A DNA stretch of 63,786 nucleotides, filler included, from Octopus bimaculoides (GCF_001194135.2; 4 parts of 4 records of this genome joined end to end with filler, not necessarily neighbours in it); one strand, 5' to 3'. Numbered from the whole stretch's first letter, positions 34,255-46,968 are shown. Notes: generated from the sequence alone by a model not told the origin. A program made the numbers and translations.

Positions 34255-34760
34255 AGGCTGTCCCCCAAAAATATATATACATTCTTTAACTGTAGATAAA
34301 TTACATTTAGTTTTCATTTCGTTTTAGATATAACCCAGCAGAAACAATAAACGCTAACCCCTGAACAAAAGAATTGTGTCCGGAAGTGCTACTGCTTTTG
34401 AAATCGTTTCGAAGTGCAAAGACAGTTTAGGAAGGAGTTTCAAAGAGATCCACCGATAAGACTTACGATCAGAATTCATTCTGAAGCAGTTGAAACCGTT
34501 CGGAATGTCCACTACAGATTTTCTGGAAGATCACTGAAGCCCTAAGAGCTAGATCGAGTATTGGAAACCTATTGCCAGAACTGAAGAAAATTTCTGCAAC
34601 ACGGGAGACATGAGATTGGAATTTCAAAAGTGCATCACATTTGTCTTGGAAAATTTTCATTCCAAGAATAGTCCCTATTCCCAATAAGAATGGAGTTTCG
34701 TGAGTAGTATTTGGCAAGATGTGTAGAAAAGGGACACTTTCCAACAAAGAGTATCTGTAG
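34255..34760 (+). mobile_element. Mariner-like transposon 5' relic (DUF4817-type HTH, rosa/DD41D-like)
   Basis: TA-ggctgtcccccaaaaatatatatacattctttaac terminus; LTPEQK..VQRQFRKEFQRDPPIRLTI...ETVRNVH..SGRS with frameshifts. Confidence 0.7.
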
Positions 34761-34859
34761 CACTGTGTCGTTGTAACCAGCCAGACCCCTGCACAAAAAT
34801 TTAATGACATGTGCCTGTAGCAGGAAGGATTATTTAAGAGGCAACGATGACTTGAAGTG

Positions 34860-35142
34860 CCGGTCCATGGCTCAGTGGTTAGGGTATTCGACTCACGATC
34901 TTAAAGTCACGAGTTCGATTCCCGGCGACACGTTGCGACCTTAAGCAACGCATTTTATTTCACATTTCCCTATTCCACTCAGGTGGCAAAAATGAGTTGA
35001 CTCTGTAGTTGGATGGACAAGCCTTGTACCGGTCGGTGTGTCACGCTGAATCTCCCCTGAGAACTACGTTAAGGGTACGCATGTCTGTGGAGTGCTCAGC
35101 CACTTGCACGTTAGTTTCACGAGCAGGATTAGTTGAACCATT
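34860..35142 (+). mobile_element. SINE family E: own tRNA head plus CORE-like middle plus family-D 3' module
   Basis: tggctcagtgg / gagttcgattcc boxes; 3' part gtgtcacgctgaatctcccctgagaactacgttaagggtac... is shared with family D; related head at 31540-31680 (minus). Confidence 0.8.
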
Positions 35143-35530
35143 TTTATTAACGCTAGTGAGATTAACCCTCTTTTGCTTGAACTTGCTGCGACAATCTGTC
35201 ATGCCAAGCATTACAGATTGAGTTTGAATCTGATGAGTATTACCTCCAGCTAAATGGGGAAGAGGTACATTATTAAAGTAATGTAAGGGCCTACCGTGAA
35301 GTTTAAGCAAAACAGGCGGATTGCACGAAGCGGTTCAGTTGAATACACTCCGTGTCACTGAACATCACACAAGACTTTCTTCTAAGGGGAAACTTAAAAG
35401 GTAGTTTGCGCTACAAAACTGACAAAGGTCTCTGGGTAATCTAACTCCCCACCCCTACCTAAATATAGATTGTTTTAGTTGAATTGTATTTGTTATTAAT
35501 GCACATATCGTTGCTTGTGTGTGTGTATGT

Positions 35531-35593
<63 letters not shown>

Positions 35594-35661
35594 AATTTGT
35601 ATTTATTTCTGTGTGTATGGTTGTTTAGGTCTGAGTATATATGTAAGGTGTTTGTGCATTT

Positions 35662-35702
<41 letters not shown>

Positions 35703-35737
35703 GAAAGGGAGAGGGAGAGAGGGAGAGGGAGAGAATG

Positions 35738-35770
<33 letters not shown>

Positions 35771-36956
35771 GAAAAAGAAAGTGAAAGAGAAAGAGAGAGA
35801 AAAGAGAGAGAGAGAAAGAGAAAGAGAAAGAGAAAGAAAGAAAGATAGAAGTGATTCTACACGTGACTGCGTCTATGATGCATGGATGATTCATTCTTAA
35901 GTGTAAAGGCCATGCCCGTAGCCAGTCTAAGGCATGCCGCCGTCTACTCCTCTCAACCGCCATTTTTTTATCTTCGAAACCGGAAGGGCGGTACAAATAG
36001 AGAAGGCCAGCGTTGTTAATTAATTTATTCATTTCTTCTGACTCAGCTGAGCACATACAACCGGAGTGGTGAGGTGTAATGTTGGTATATAGGGGTTGCT
36101 AGTGGTGATGGGTGATGAGGAACTGGTTGAGGAACCTTATGTCGTGTTCTTTCCCGCTTCAAAACGGAGAGAAGTTTACCAACTACGATCCAGAAACCAA
36201 ACATATATAATATACGTAGTTGCTCGAGATTTTAGCAATAATACCTAAATATGCCCTCAAAATTACACACTTTTCTCGTCTAAAATGTAGGATACATTGA
36301 ATAATGATATTCTGGATACACTATTCTTGAAACTAAATGGGATGGTCAACACTGGAGTGTCTTTAATCATAAATCTGTTCTTTCGGGGATAACTGGAGCT
36401 AAGCTACATCAACTGTAAATAAGGAGCCTTTGCGTGATCTGCTGATGTGCTAGATGCAGCAGCCACGTGTCTCTCCAAACATGCTTTACCATTTGCAATA
36501 AGCAGTTTCCATTGAATAATGTACAGATAACCGGGTACATACTTTTGTTGAATTTAGGGCCGGTTTGGTATCGGATAAATACCAAATGCAGATTCAGACG
36601 TCTGTGTTACATGATCAGTGATGTATGCATACATACATACATACATACATACATACATACATGCATACATGTATACCTGCATACAAACATACTTTAGTTT
36701 TGTAAGTAAATGCCTAACTGTCAATTCAGATAAGCTTGGATTTTTAGGAAAAGAAATCAACCGACTCGCACATTACAAACACAATCTGTAAGTGGAACAA
36801 TAAAACTATGCAAGACTTTTCTCAAGTTTAAAATATGTCATTGTTTTCGTTATCCCAACGACGGAGCTTTGTATCTTTGTTAGAAACCAGCTTCTTCTTC
36901 AAAGAAGGAACTAAAATAATTCAAAATTGAAATGAACGTACGTACATACATACATA

Positions 36957-37150
36957 CCTATATACATATATACATATCATATCATATCATATCACATCTT
37001 ATCGTATATCATATGATATGATATACGATATCATAACATAACATATATATCATATCATGTCATATCATGTCCTATCATATCATATCAGATCATATCATAT
37101 CTTATCGTATATCAAATCATATCGTATTAAATCATATCATATCATATTTA
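36957..37150. repeat. Degenerate (CATAT)n pentanucleotide tract
   Basis: Directly visible. Confidence 0.95.
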
Positions 37151-37464
37151 TCATTTGCAGGATTCTTCTTTCGAATCTAGGTATATCTACATGCAGGACA
37201 CAAAGAAAGACTGGGGTATATNNNNNNNNNNNNNNNNNNNNNNNNNNNNNNNNNNNNNNNNNNNNNNNNNNNNNNNNNNNNNNNNNNNNNNNNNNNNNNN
37301 NNNNNNNNNNNNNNNNNNNNNNNNNNNNNNNNNNNNNNNNNNNNNNNNNNNNNNNNNNNNNNNNNNNNNNNNNNNNNNNNNNNNNNNNNNNNNNNNNNNN
37401 NNNNNNNNNNNNNNNNNNNNNNNNNNNNNNNNNNNNNNNNNNNNNNNGAATATATATACATACA

Positions 37465-37509
<45 letters not shown>

Positions 37510-37685
37510 GCACAAACATACACGTACACACGCGCACACACAGTCACATACAGACACACATAAAAAGCACACGTGTGTGTATACACATATCTACTCATAT
37601 ATATGCATACATACAGATAGATAGATATATGTATATCTATAGGTACCTGTATATACATGTGTGTATATATGTATATATGTATATA

Positions 37686-37745
<60 letters not shown>

Positions 37746-38399
37746 NNNNNNNNNNNNNNNNNNNNNNNNNNNNNNNNNNNNNNNNNNNNNNNNNNNNNNN
37801 NNNNNNNNNNNNNNNNNNNNNNNNNNNNNNNNNNNNNNNNNNNNNNNNNNNNNNNNNNNNNNNNNNNNNNNNNNNNNNNNNNNNNNNNNNNNNNNNNNNN
37901 NNNNNNNNNNNNNNNNNNNNNNNNNNNNNNNNNNNNNNNNNNNNNNNNNNNNNNNNNNNNNNNNNNNNNNNNNNNNNNNNNNNNNNNNNNNNNNNNNNNN
38001 NNNNNNNNNNNNNNNNNNNNNNNNNNNNNNNNNNNNNNNNNNNNNNNNNNNNNNNNNNNNNNNNNNNNNNNNNNNNNNNNNNNNNNNNNNNNNNNNNNNN
38101 NNNNNNNNNNNNNNNNNNNNNNNNNNNNNNNNNNNNNNNNNNNNNNNNNNNNNNNNNNNNNNNNNNNNNNNNNNNNNNNNNNNNNNNNNNNNNNNNNNNN
38201 NNNNNNNNNNNNNNNNNNNNNNNNNAATCACGCATCCAAGTACATTGGCGCATGCGTCTAATATGGATGTTCCCCTGTAGACAAATAAAGCATATACACT
38301 TACTGAACCGGTACGCATATATACGAGCAAACGCACACACACACACACACACACGAAGAAGCACATATACATATCAGAGCTAACACGCGATATTAAAAA

Positions 38400-38945
38400 A
38401 ATCGCAATGTGTCCCTTTCCATTGTCCAGAGCTGTGAACAGGAAACTTGGCTTGAATAGCTATGTTCCACGACGCCGTCACCTGCTAAAAGCCAAGGCCA
38501 AAGCAATCAAAGATGCCCAAAGCTTCTGTCATTCATCAGGCATCAAGGAGCAGGGAAAGACTCTCGTATTTGTGAACGAGAAGTTCACTGTGGATGCTGG
38601 GGCGAATCGCTGAAATTCTCGAGTGATTGCATACAGCCCTTCTGACGCCTCCTCTTCCCAATGTGCTTGACACTAAGAATCCTGCCTCTGTGATGGTATT
38701 TGGAGTCGTGACGGGTGATGGAAGTGTCATGGGTCCACACCTCATTGCGTCTGACATGAAAATCGGCACAAAGGAGTATCTGGACATCCTGAAGAACTCT
38801 CCGTTACCTTGGATGGTGCAAAAGTTTGGGTTTGACTATGTGGTGCTCATCCGGGATTGTGCACCATGAGTCAAAACCAACACAGTCCTTCCTTGGTGAG
38901 AAGGTGCCATATTTTGTGAAGGTCAACATTTGACCCAGTAAGAGC
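38400..38945 (+). mobile_element. Tc1/mariner transposase relic (maT/DD37D-like)
   Basis: RKLGLNSYVPRRRHLL, TKNPASVMVFGVVTGDGSVMGPH, KIGTKEYLDILK..LPW, LIRDCAP; stops and frameshifts. Confidence 0.8.
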
Positions 38946-39049
38946 CTCCCCACTTAAAATCACACCGGTAATAGCCTCCCCACACAGATTACGAAACGAA
39001 TATACTCAAATGCATAAGTAACAAAATTAAATGTACATGCAAAAATATA

Positions 39050-39320
39050 GGTGCAGGAGTGGGTGTGTGGTAAGTAGCTTGCTTACCAACCACATGGTTC
39101 CGGGTTCAGTCCCACTGCGTGACACTTGGGCAAGTGTCTTCTACTATAACCGCAGGTCGACCAAAGCCTTGTGAGTGAATTTTGTAGACGGAAACTGAAA
39201 GAAGCCCGTTGTGTGTGTGTGTGTGTGTGTGTGTGTGAGTGCATGTGTGTGTGTTTGTGTATGTGTATGTCTGTATTTGCCACCCCACACTCGTTTGACA
39301 ACCGATCTTGGTGTGCTTAT
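39050..39320 (+). mobile_element. SINE family B, 5' two-thirds
   Basis: ggtgcaggagtgggtgtgtggtaag...gggttcagtcccactgcg...(TG)n. Confidence 0.88.
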
Positions 39321-39638
39321 GGATATACATACATACATACGGACATATGCGTGCATATACATGTCTATGTTTGTATACATGTATAATATATATCCAGAAC
39401 AATTGCTGCTAGGCATTTTGTCCGGTATGCCAACGATTCTGCGAGCAGGTGCCTTCAACCGGGATACTCAGCCGATTGTTTGCTTAAATTTGTCTATGAA
39501 TATAACTTACTAAACATTAAACGCTATATGTTTCAAATAATAACTGATTATGTATGATTTCCCCGCAGATTTGTGGCAGCGAATTAGTTAGACTATAATA
39601 TAAATCAGGAACACCAACACGCACACACACACACACAC

Positions 39639-39700
<62 letters not shown>

Positions 39701-40117
39701 NNNNNNNNNNNNNNNNNNNNNNNNNNNNNNNNNNNNNNNNNNNNNNNNNNNNNNNNNNNNNNNNNNNNNNNNNNNNNNNNNNNNNNNNNNNNNNNNNNNN
39801 NNNNNNNNNNNNNNNNNNNNNNNNNNNNNNNNNNNNNNNNNNNNNNNNNNNNNNNNNNNNNNNNNNNNNNNNNNNNNNNATACACAGAACGAGTGCTGCA
39901 GTGTCTATATATTAATTTCCGTACGTTAGATGAGAAAGTTCAATGCGACCACACTAAGAATACTAATTACTATAACACTGTCATCATATCAAAGAGGATA
40001 TCAAAAGAGAGAGTGGGAGAAATAGATAGGGAGGTAAATAGATAGATAGAGAGAGAGAGGGGGAGGGGGACGAAGGAGGGGTGAATATGTTATGAGTTTG
40101 TGTTTGTGAATGCATTG

Positions 40118-41530
40118 ATATATAAAATGGTTGGACAAAATAATGGAAGCACCTTCAATTTTCAAATAAATTTATTGTCCCCTTCACCATTTTCTATCTG
40201 TCCCTTTCTCTCCCTCTTCCTCCTTTACTCTCTCTCGTTGCTCACACGTGACCATCGTCCGTCTTTCTTTTTCCTCACGTGATCATTTTTCTTTTCCTTC
40301 AGTCTGTCGCACAGACCAAACGCATTCTTATATTGAATTCTACAAGGTATGGATTCATAAAAAGCTTGAAGTGTTTCTAAAGGGATTTTTGTCCATTCTT
40401 CAGCTAAAACAGTCCCCAGTTCTTGTAGTGATGATGGTGGAGGATATCGACTCCTTACTTGTTTTTCTAAAATTCACCATAAATTTTCAATAATATTGAG
40501 ATCTGGGGAATGTGGTCGCCAGATAAGATGTTCAACTTTACTAGAATGTTCCTCGTGCAATTCAGTAAAAACTTTATCTGTGTGAATTGGTGCATTATCA
40601 TCCTGAAAGATTGCGTTTCCTTCCGGAAACAGATCCGCAACCATAGAATCAATTTTATCAGATAAAATGCTTAAATAGTCTTGGCTATTAATTCTGCCAT
40701 GAAGGGAAACCACTGGGCCGGCGGATTTCCAAGATACAGCTCGCAGACCATCACAGATCCTCCTCCACGCGTATACTCGGCCGGTGGTCGGAAATAAGGT
40801 AAAGGATGACTCGTTCGAGAAAATAACATTCATTCACTGCTCTAGGAACCAATTCTGTAGGTTTTTACTCCACTCTAAACGTTTTGCAACGTTTGTGTTT
40901 GAAAGTAGTGGTTTTCTGATTGCAGCCCTCCTGTGAAATGCGGCTTTGTNNNNNNNNNNNNNNNNNNNNNNNNNNNNNNNNNNNNNNNNNNNNNNNNNNN
41001 NNNNNNNNNNNNNNNNNNNNNNNNNNNNNNNNNNNNNNNNNNNNNNNNNNNNNNNNNNNNNNNNNNNNNNNNNNNNNNNNNNNNNNNNNNNNNNNNNNNN
41101 NNNNNNNNNNNNNNNNNNNNNNNNNNNNNNNNNNNNNNNNNNNNNNNNNNNNNNNNNNNNNNNNNNNNNNNNNNNNNNNNNNNNNNNNNNNNNNNNNNNN
41201 NNNNNNNNNNNNNNNNNNNNNNNNNNNNNNNNNNNNNNNNNNNNNNNNNNNNNNNNNNNNNNNNNNNNNNNNNNNNNNNNNNNNNNNNNNNNNNNNNNNN
41301 NNNNNNNNNNNNNNNNNNNNNNNNNNNNNNNNNNNNNNNNNNNNNNNNNNNNNNNNNNNNNNNNNNNNNNNNNNNNNNNNNNNNNNNNNNNNNNNNNNNN
41401 NNNNNNNNNNNNNNNNNNAGAAAGTTGCCATCGTCTACTGCGTATGTGGTCCTCTTCTGTATCTCTTAACCGTTTGAAATGAGTTTCATTTCTTAAAGCC
41501 TTTCCCATGTAGCTGTTTCTTCCAGAAATA
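40118..41530 (-). mobile_element. Tc1-like transposon (pseudogenised) with DD36E catalytic spacing
   Basis: RRAAIRKPLLS..NVAKRLEW, IFSNESSF, QDDNAPIHT...SPDLNIIENLW; terminus tatataaaatggttggacaaaataatggaagcacc at ~40120; middle in a gap. Confidence 0.88.
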
Positions 41531-41751
41531 TTCAGTTTTAGGTCGAAACTGTCATCATGGATTCGTCAAGGAGTAAAAAGAATATAATGGAAAACAAACC
41601 ACTACAATGGTTTTTGGGTTTTTTTTTAAGGGCACGACGTGTTGTGTCACCGAGAGAGGGCCGATGTAAGTGGGGACACGGCAAGATCCCTACAGAATTC
41701 GGCAAATAGATGGGACAACGGAGAATGAGCCATCGCCATCCATTATAATTC

Positions 41752-41790
<39 letters not shown>

Positions 41791-41964
41791 ATACTACTGC
41801 AGTCATATAGCAAGAGCAACAATAACAACAGTGCAACAAGAACAACAACAACAGCAGCAGCAGCAGCAGCGGCAGCAGTAACAACANNNNNNNNNNNNNN
41901 NNNNNNNNNNNNNNNNNNNNNNNNNNNNNNNNNNNNNNNNNNNNNNNNNNNNNNNNNNNNNNNN

Positions 41965-42025
<61 letters not shown>

Positions 42026-42199
42026 TATTTAACACCCACCGCCGCCACCACCACCACCACTACCACCCTTTCTTTGTGAACCATTCCACATTGCTTCTGT
42101 TCCCTGTATTCACCTGCCGTTCCTCACATTTTGAAGGGCCCAACAGCTATTACAATTTAGGAGAACCTTATACCAACAGACAGAAAGTCGATCTTTCTC

Positions 42200-43140
42200 T
42201 GGCAACAACTCTCTCTCTCTCTTTCTTTCTCTCATTCTCTCTCTTTCTCTCTCACGCTATCTCTTTCCTTCCCTCTACATCTGTCTCTTTTTCTTTTTGA
42301 CATTCTCTCTCTCTTATGCTTCTCTCTGTCACTATCTCTCTCTCTCTCTCTCTCCTATTTTTCTCTCTGTCACTATCTCCCTTTCTTTTTCTTTCTCTCT
42401 CTCTCTATCTCTCTCACTCTCTCTCTCTCTCACTCTCTCTCTCACTCTCTCTCACTCTCAGCTTTTTCGTTGTCATTTTGTTTTCTCTCCCTCTCTCCCT
42501 CACCCTCTCCCCACTCCTCTTTCTCTGTCTCTCACTATGCGACTATACGTCGGTCTCACTCTCTTTCTCTTTCTCCCTCTCTCTCATCATTACCTTTCAT
42601 CCTCTCTCAATCTACCCCTTCTCTTTCTTTGGGTCCCTTTTCTCTCCCTTACGTTTTAACTTTATTTTTCTATCATTGCCTTTTCCTCGCTCTTCTCTTT
42701 CACCCCTCTTTCTCTCATTCGCTCCTTCTCTCTCTGCCCGTGTATCTGTGTGTCTCTCTCTCCCCCTCTCTCTCTCCCCGCCTGTCTTTCTGTTTCTGTC
42801 TCTCTGCGTCTGCCTGTCAGTCTGTCTATCTTTGTCTCTCTGTCTATCTATCTGTCTCCATTTCTCTCTCTCTCTCTTTCTTTTTCCCTCCCTCTATCTC
42901 TTTATCCCTACCTCTCTCATTCTCCCACTCTCTCTATGTATCTCTCTCCCCCTCTCTCTCTCCCCGCCTGTCTTTCTGTCTCTGTCTCTCTGCGTCTGCC
43001 TGTCAGTTTGTCTGTCTTTGTCTCTCTGTCTGTCTATCTGTCTCCATTTCTCTCTCTCTCTCTTTCTGTTTTTCCCTCCCTCTGTCTCTTTATCCCTATC
43101 TCTCTCTTTCTCCCCTCTCTCTCCTCGTCTCTCTACACTA
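42200..43140. repeat. Compound pyrimidine-rich (CT/CTTT/CTGT) tract including a ~180-bp tandem duplication
   Basis: Unit ctctctccccctctctctctccccgcctgtctttctg...tttatccctacc occurs at ~42755 and ~42935. Confidence 0.9.
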
Positions 43141-43268
43141 CGCCTTTTGTTGAAACATTGCCCAAGATTCCACACAGTGGGACTGAGCCCGGAACCATGT
43201 GGCTGGGAAGCAAACTTGTCACCACACAGCTACACCTGCGCTTGTATATATATCAATACCTATACCTG

Positions 43269-43309
<41 letters not shown>

Positions 43310-43499
43310 CTTTATCTTTTACTTGCTTCAGTTATTTGACTACGGCCATTCTGGAGCACCTCTTTGAAGGATTTTGCTCGAATGAAATGCCATTCGGTCG
43401 TTAGTTCAGGATTGTATTAAAAAATTATTTTTTTTTGCGTATGGTGGATTTTTGAATTCAATTTACATCGAGTAATATTGAAAGCCAGACATTCTGGGG

Positions 43500-43655
43500 A
43501 TGGGATTTGCCTGATTAAATCCACCCCAGTGCTCAACTGGTACTTATTTTATCGACTCCGAAAGGATGAAAAGCAAAGTCGAATTTGAACTCAGACGGAC
43601 GAAATACCACTAAAAATTTTACCCTGCGTGTTAACGATTCAGCCAGCTCACAGCC
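43500..43655 (-). mobile_element. SINE family C fragment
   Basis: aactggtacttattttatcgactccgaaaggatgaaaagcaaagtcga...gttaacgattcagccagctcac. Confidence 0.8.
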
Positions 43656-44779
43656 TTGTATATATTAGATTTTATCATTCAGCGACTGAAAGTTCACGAA
43701 ATCTGGGCAGTGGAGTCAGTGTAGAGGCACTTTAGGCAGTTACCCCGGGTCCCCCGTAACGAAAGGGCCCAAATGTAATTCATGAATGTTGAAGCTTGCC
43801 AATAAATAAATATAGGTGATCCAGTGCTTTGCTTCGCATGAAAGAGCCTGTAATGCTGCTAAGACAACCTTGGGTTTAATAGCATGCTCACTAAAGCACC
43901 GGAAGTGCTGTCTTGTCGCGATCGTTCTGGTTCCTTGCGTTTTAAGTTCAAACCTGACTATGGTTCAACATTACCACCTGGTTCACGGGTACCTTTAAAA
44001 AGTGCATTTCGTCGCAAGTATTTAGACCAAAGTTCCGGTTTGAGAACAGATAAATTCTTTCTTCCATGCCCTCCACCATCTGTCTTGACGGCACTGAGGA
44101 ATATATGTGTGTGTGTGTATGTGTGTATGTGTGTGAGTGAGTGTGTGCGTGCGTGCGGGCGCACGTGGCTGAAAATGCATCAGGATTTAAAATGTATGTA
44201 TGTGTGAGTATGTGTGTGCGCGTGTGTATGATAGTATGACTGAAAATGCATCTGGGTCTAAACATGAATTTCAGTTTTTCTAATTTTTTTCTAAAATATA
44301 TTAAAACCATACCATACGGTTTAAATATCCCCCCACCCTTTTCATTGATAAATAGAAATAAAAATTAAAATGAAAATTAAAAGAAAGAAAACAGAATATA
44401 CAAGAAAATGTTTCATAAAGATAAAACATGTCGAAAAATTTCGGAGCAAAGTTACATGATAAAAATTCAAGTGTTCAACAAGTTTCGTTGCAATAAAAAA
44501 CGTTCGATAAATTTCATAGCAAAGATACGTGATATAAATTTGAAAGCTTAACAAGATTCACAACAATTCATTGAGTTAGAAGTTAGACATGATGAAGATT
44601 TTAGAAAAGAAGAAAAAACTTTTTACAATCTCTATTGTGTTGTGTGAAGTAAGATTGTTTGCTGGTTGTATTCTAATTCAAATGTGGAACTTGGAGTATA
44701 TTTCAGGCTGCTATTGCCTTGTAGGAGTAGGTCATAAGATGCGAGTCTGAATTCTGTTCAGCTGTTTACTCAAAGACGT

Positions 44780-45100
44780 TACCTGTTTTTCTCAGTCCGT
44801 GGTCAATTATTCTGGCTGGTTGAATGCCTGATTACGTCATTTGTTTATCATCTCTTCCGGTCAATTTTTATTGTCCGAACTAATCGAGCATTCTAGTTGG
44901 TCGACAGCCTGTGGACGTCATTTGTTTATCGAATGTTCTGGTCACTTGCCTTTGTCTTTCAATGGACTAGCATTCCCGTTAGCTGACTTTCATAAGATGT
45001 CACTTGTTTTCCGATGTTCCAGGCGACGATTGCTTAATAGCATTACTTGTGTTTTTTATTCACTTTTCCCCCGACGAAACCCGTTACCTCAACTTTTGAT
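44780..45100. promoter_or_regulatory. CpG-enriched unique island with a duplicated forkhead + CRE-half-site motif
   Basis: acgtcatttgtttatc exactly repeated at 44834-44849 and 44915-44930; cttccgg (ETS-like) in between. Confidence 0.35.
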
Positions 45101-46225
45101 TTATTATTATTATTATTGTTGTATCTGGTTGTTTAATCGAAAATACTGTGAAAATACTGTCTTTTCTCCTTTTATCGTGTTATGAATTATTTAGATTTGA
45201 CGTATAATACTCAATAAACATTTTTGTTTGTTTAATCGTAAATGGTGTTCCCGATACATTCATATAAAAGGAAGATTCAATATTTGGAATTTTTGCTTGT
45301 TCCGTCAAGTCACCTCTGTTTACTAATATGTATTTTACTGGTATTGGGGCCTAGTACTTGTTGACGGTGAAACGTCATCCTACGCCTCTAAGTTAATTCT
45401 GTTTCTCCTACATAGTCATCGTTAGACCTACTGCATTTCATAACATGCATTTGATTTCTTAATGCATTGCTAAAATGACTTTTATTGACCTGATATAACT
45501 TCGTATGTCGAACACTCAATGAGATTTTATACAAACTCCACAATTAAAGCAGTTACAATTTCGGACAATTGGAACTATTTTTTTTTGGAGTGTAATTTGC
45601 CGCTAGTAGGTAACCTTTTAAAGGTTTTGGTCGTCTTTTAGTTTTAATTATTGTGTATGTTTCTCGAATGCCTTTCTCATTCGTGGGTCGTTCATCAAAA
45701 AAGGAAAATTTTAATGAATGGTGTTTTATGCTTTCGCATTTCATGGAATGTTTGTCTTTATATAATGTAAACTATTAAGTGTATCAGGGTTGTTTCTTGG
45801 TTTTATTAATTATTTTATGTCTGTCATTTTTGCTCCATCTATTTCGTTATTGATTAAAGTTACTGGTTTTCAGTAAAAATATTTTTAAGTACTCGAAGTC
45901 GTTTATACCAGGTTTCTGTTTTGGATACAGTTGTTCAGACCCTTCTTGCCAGATTAAAAAAAAAAAGGTATTATAGTTTCGTATGTTTCAGACAACAAGT
46001 AGAATAAACCATATATTGCTTTGAGTGTGTTGGTTTGAAGTATATCTGGATTTCAATGTTACTCTATCTTTTTATGATTAACATATCCAAAAAAGGGTAG
46101 TTTATACCCCTTTGTGAATCGGATACTGTGGCTTATGTTATTAGTTTAAAACTTACATAGTTGATCCTGGCAATCGTTCAGTTTGGTTTCAAGTACTCCA
46201 TCTCTCTCTCTCTCTCTCTCTCTCT

Positions 46226-46325
46226 NNNNNNNNNNNNNNNNNNNNNNNNNNNNNNNNNNNNNNNNNNNNTTAATTAATTAANNNNNNNNNNNNNNNNNNN
46301 NNNNNNNNNNNNNNNNNNNNNNNNN
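46226..46325. other. Artificial scaffold linker 44N + TTAATTAATTAA + 44N
   Basis: Same 100-nt structure as 15698. Confidence 0.97.
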
Positions 46326-46344
46326 TATATATATATATATATAT

Positions 46345-46855
46345 AGGGAACCTATGGAAGAGGAAGGCACAGGAAGACTTGGGATGAGGTGGTGAAGCAC
46401 GACCTTCAAACGTTGAGCCTCACAGGCAATGACAAGTGACCAAAACCTTTGGTGATATGCTGTGCTTGAGAAGACCCGGCAAGCCAAGTGAGACCATAGC
46501 CGTGGCTTATGCCAGTGTCGCATAACCGGCCCATTGAGCAATAAACTATGTTTGAGAAGACCTGTTGAGTCAAATGAAATCATTGTCGTGGCCGGCTGAT
46601 TCCAGTACCGCATGACTGGCACGTAAAAAGCACCATTCGAGCGTGGTCGATGCCAGTACCTCCTGACTGGCCCTCGTGCTGGTGGCATGTAAAAAGTACT
46701 CACTACACTCTTGGAGTGGTTGGTGTTAGGAAGGGCATCCAGCTGTAGAAACCTTTCCAGATCAGATTGGAGCCTGGTGCAGCCTTCTGGCTTGTCAGTC
46801 CTCAGTCAAACCGTCCAACCCATGCCAGCATAGAAAGCAGACAGTAAAAGATGAT
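46345..46855 (+). mobile_element. RTE LINE 3' end linking the ORF C-terminus to the hairpin-array 3' UTR and tail
   Basis: GRGRHRKTWDEVVKHDLQTLSLT, then gccagt-acctcctg-actggc units and the shared tail. Confidence 0.9.
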
Positions 46856-46921
46856 ATAGGTGTATAAATATTTGATTAATGAGAAAGATGGAACATGGAA
46901 GACCTGAGAATCTTTATTCAT

Positions 46922-46968
46922 CACTACAATTGTTTCAACCCATCTAGCATCGATCCTTCTCAGGTGGG
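46922..46968 (-). ncRNA. Degenerate minimal type-I hammerhead-ribozyme-like motif
   Basis: cccac-CUGA(del)GAAG-...-GAAAC-AAUU-GUA-gug with palindromic ACAAUUGU stem III; core lacks one nucleotide and stem II is weak. Confidence 0.35.

Noticed and set aside
44636-45262. Solo LTR (TG...AATAAA...CA)
   Set aside because: No matching 4-6 bp target-site duplication for any TG/CA pair tried.
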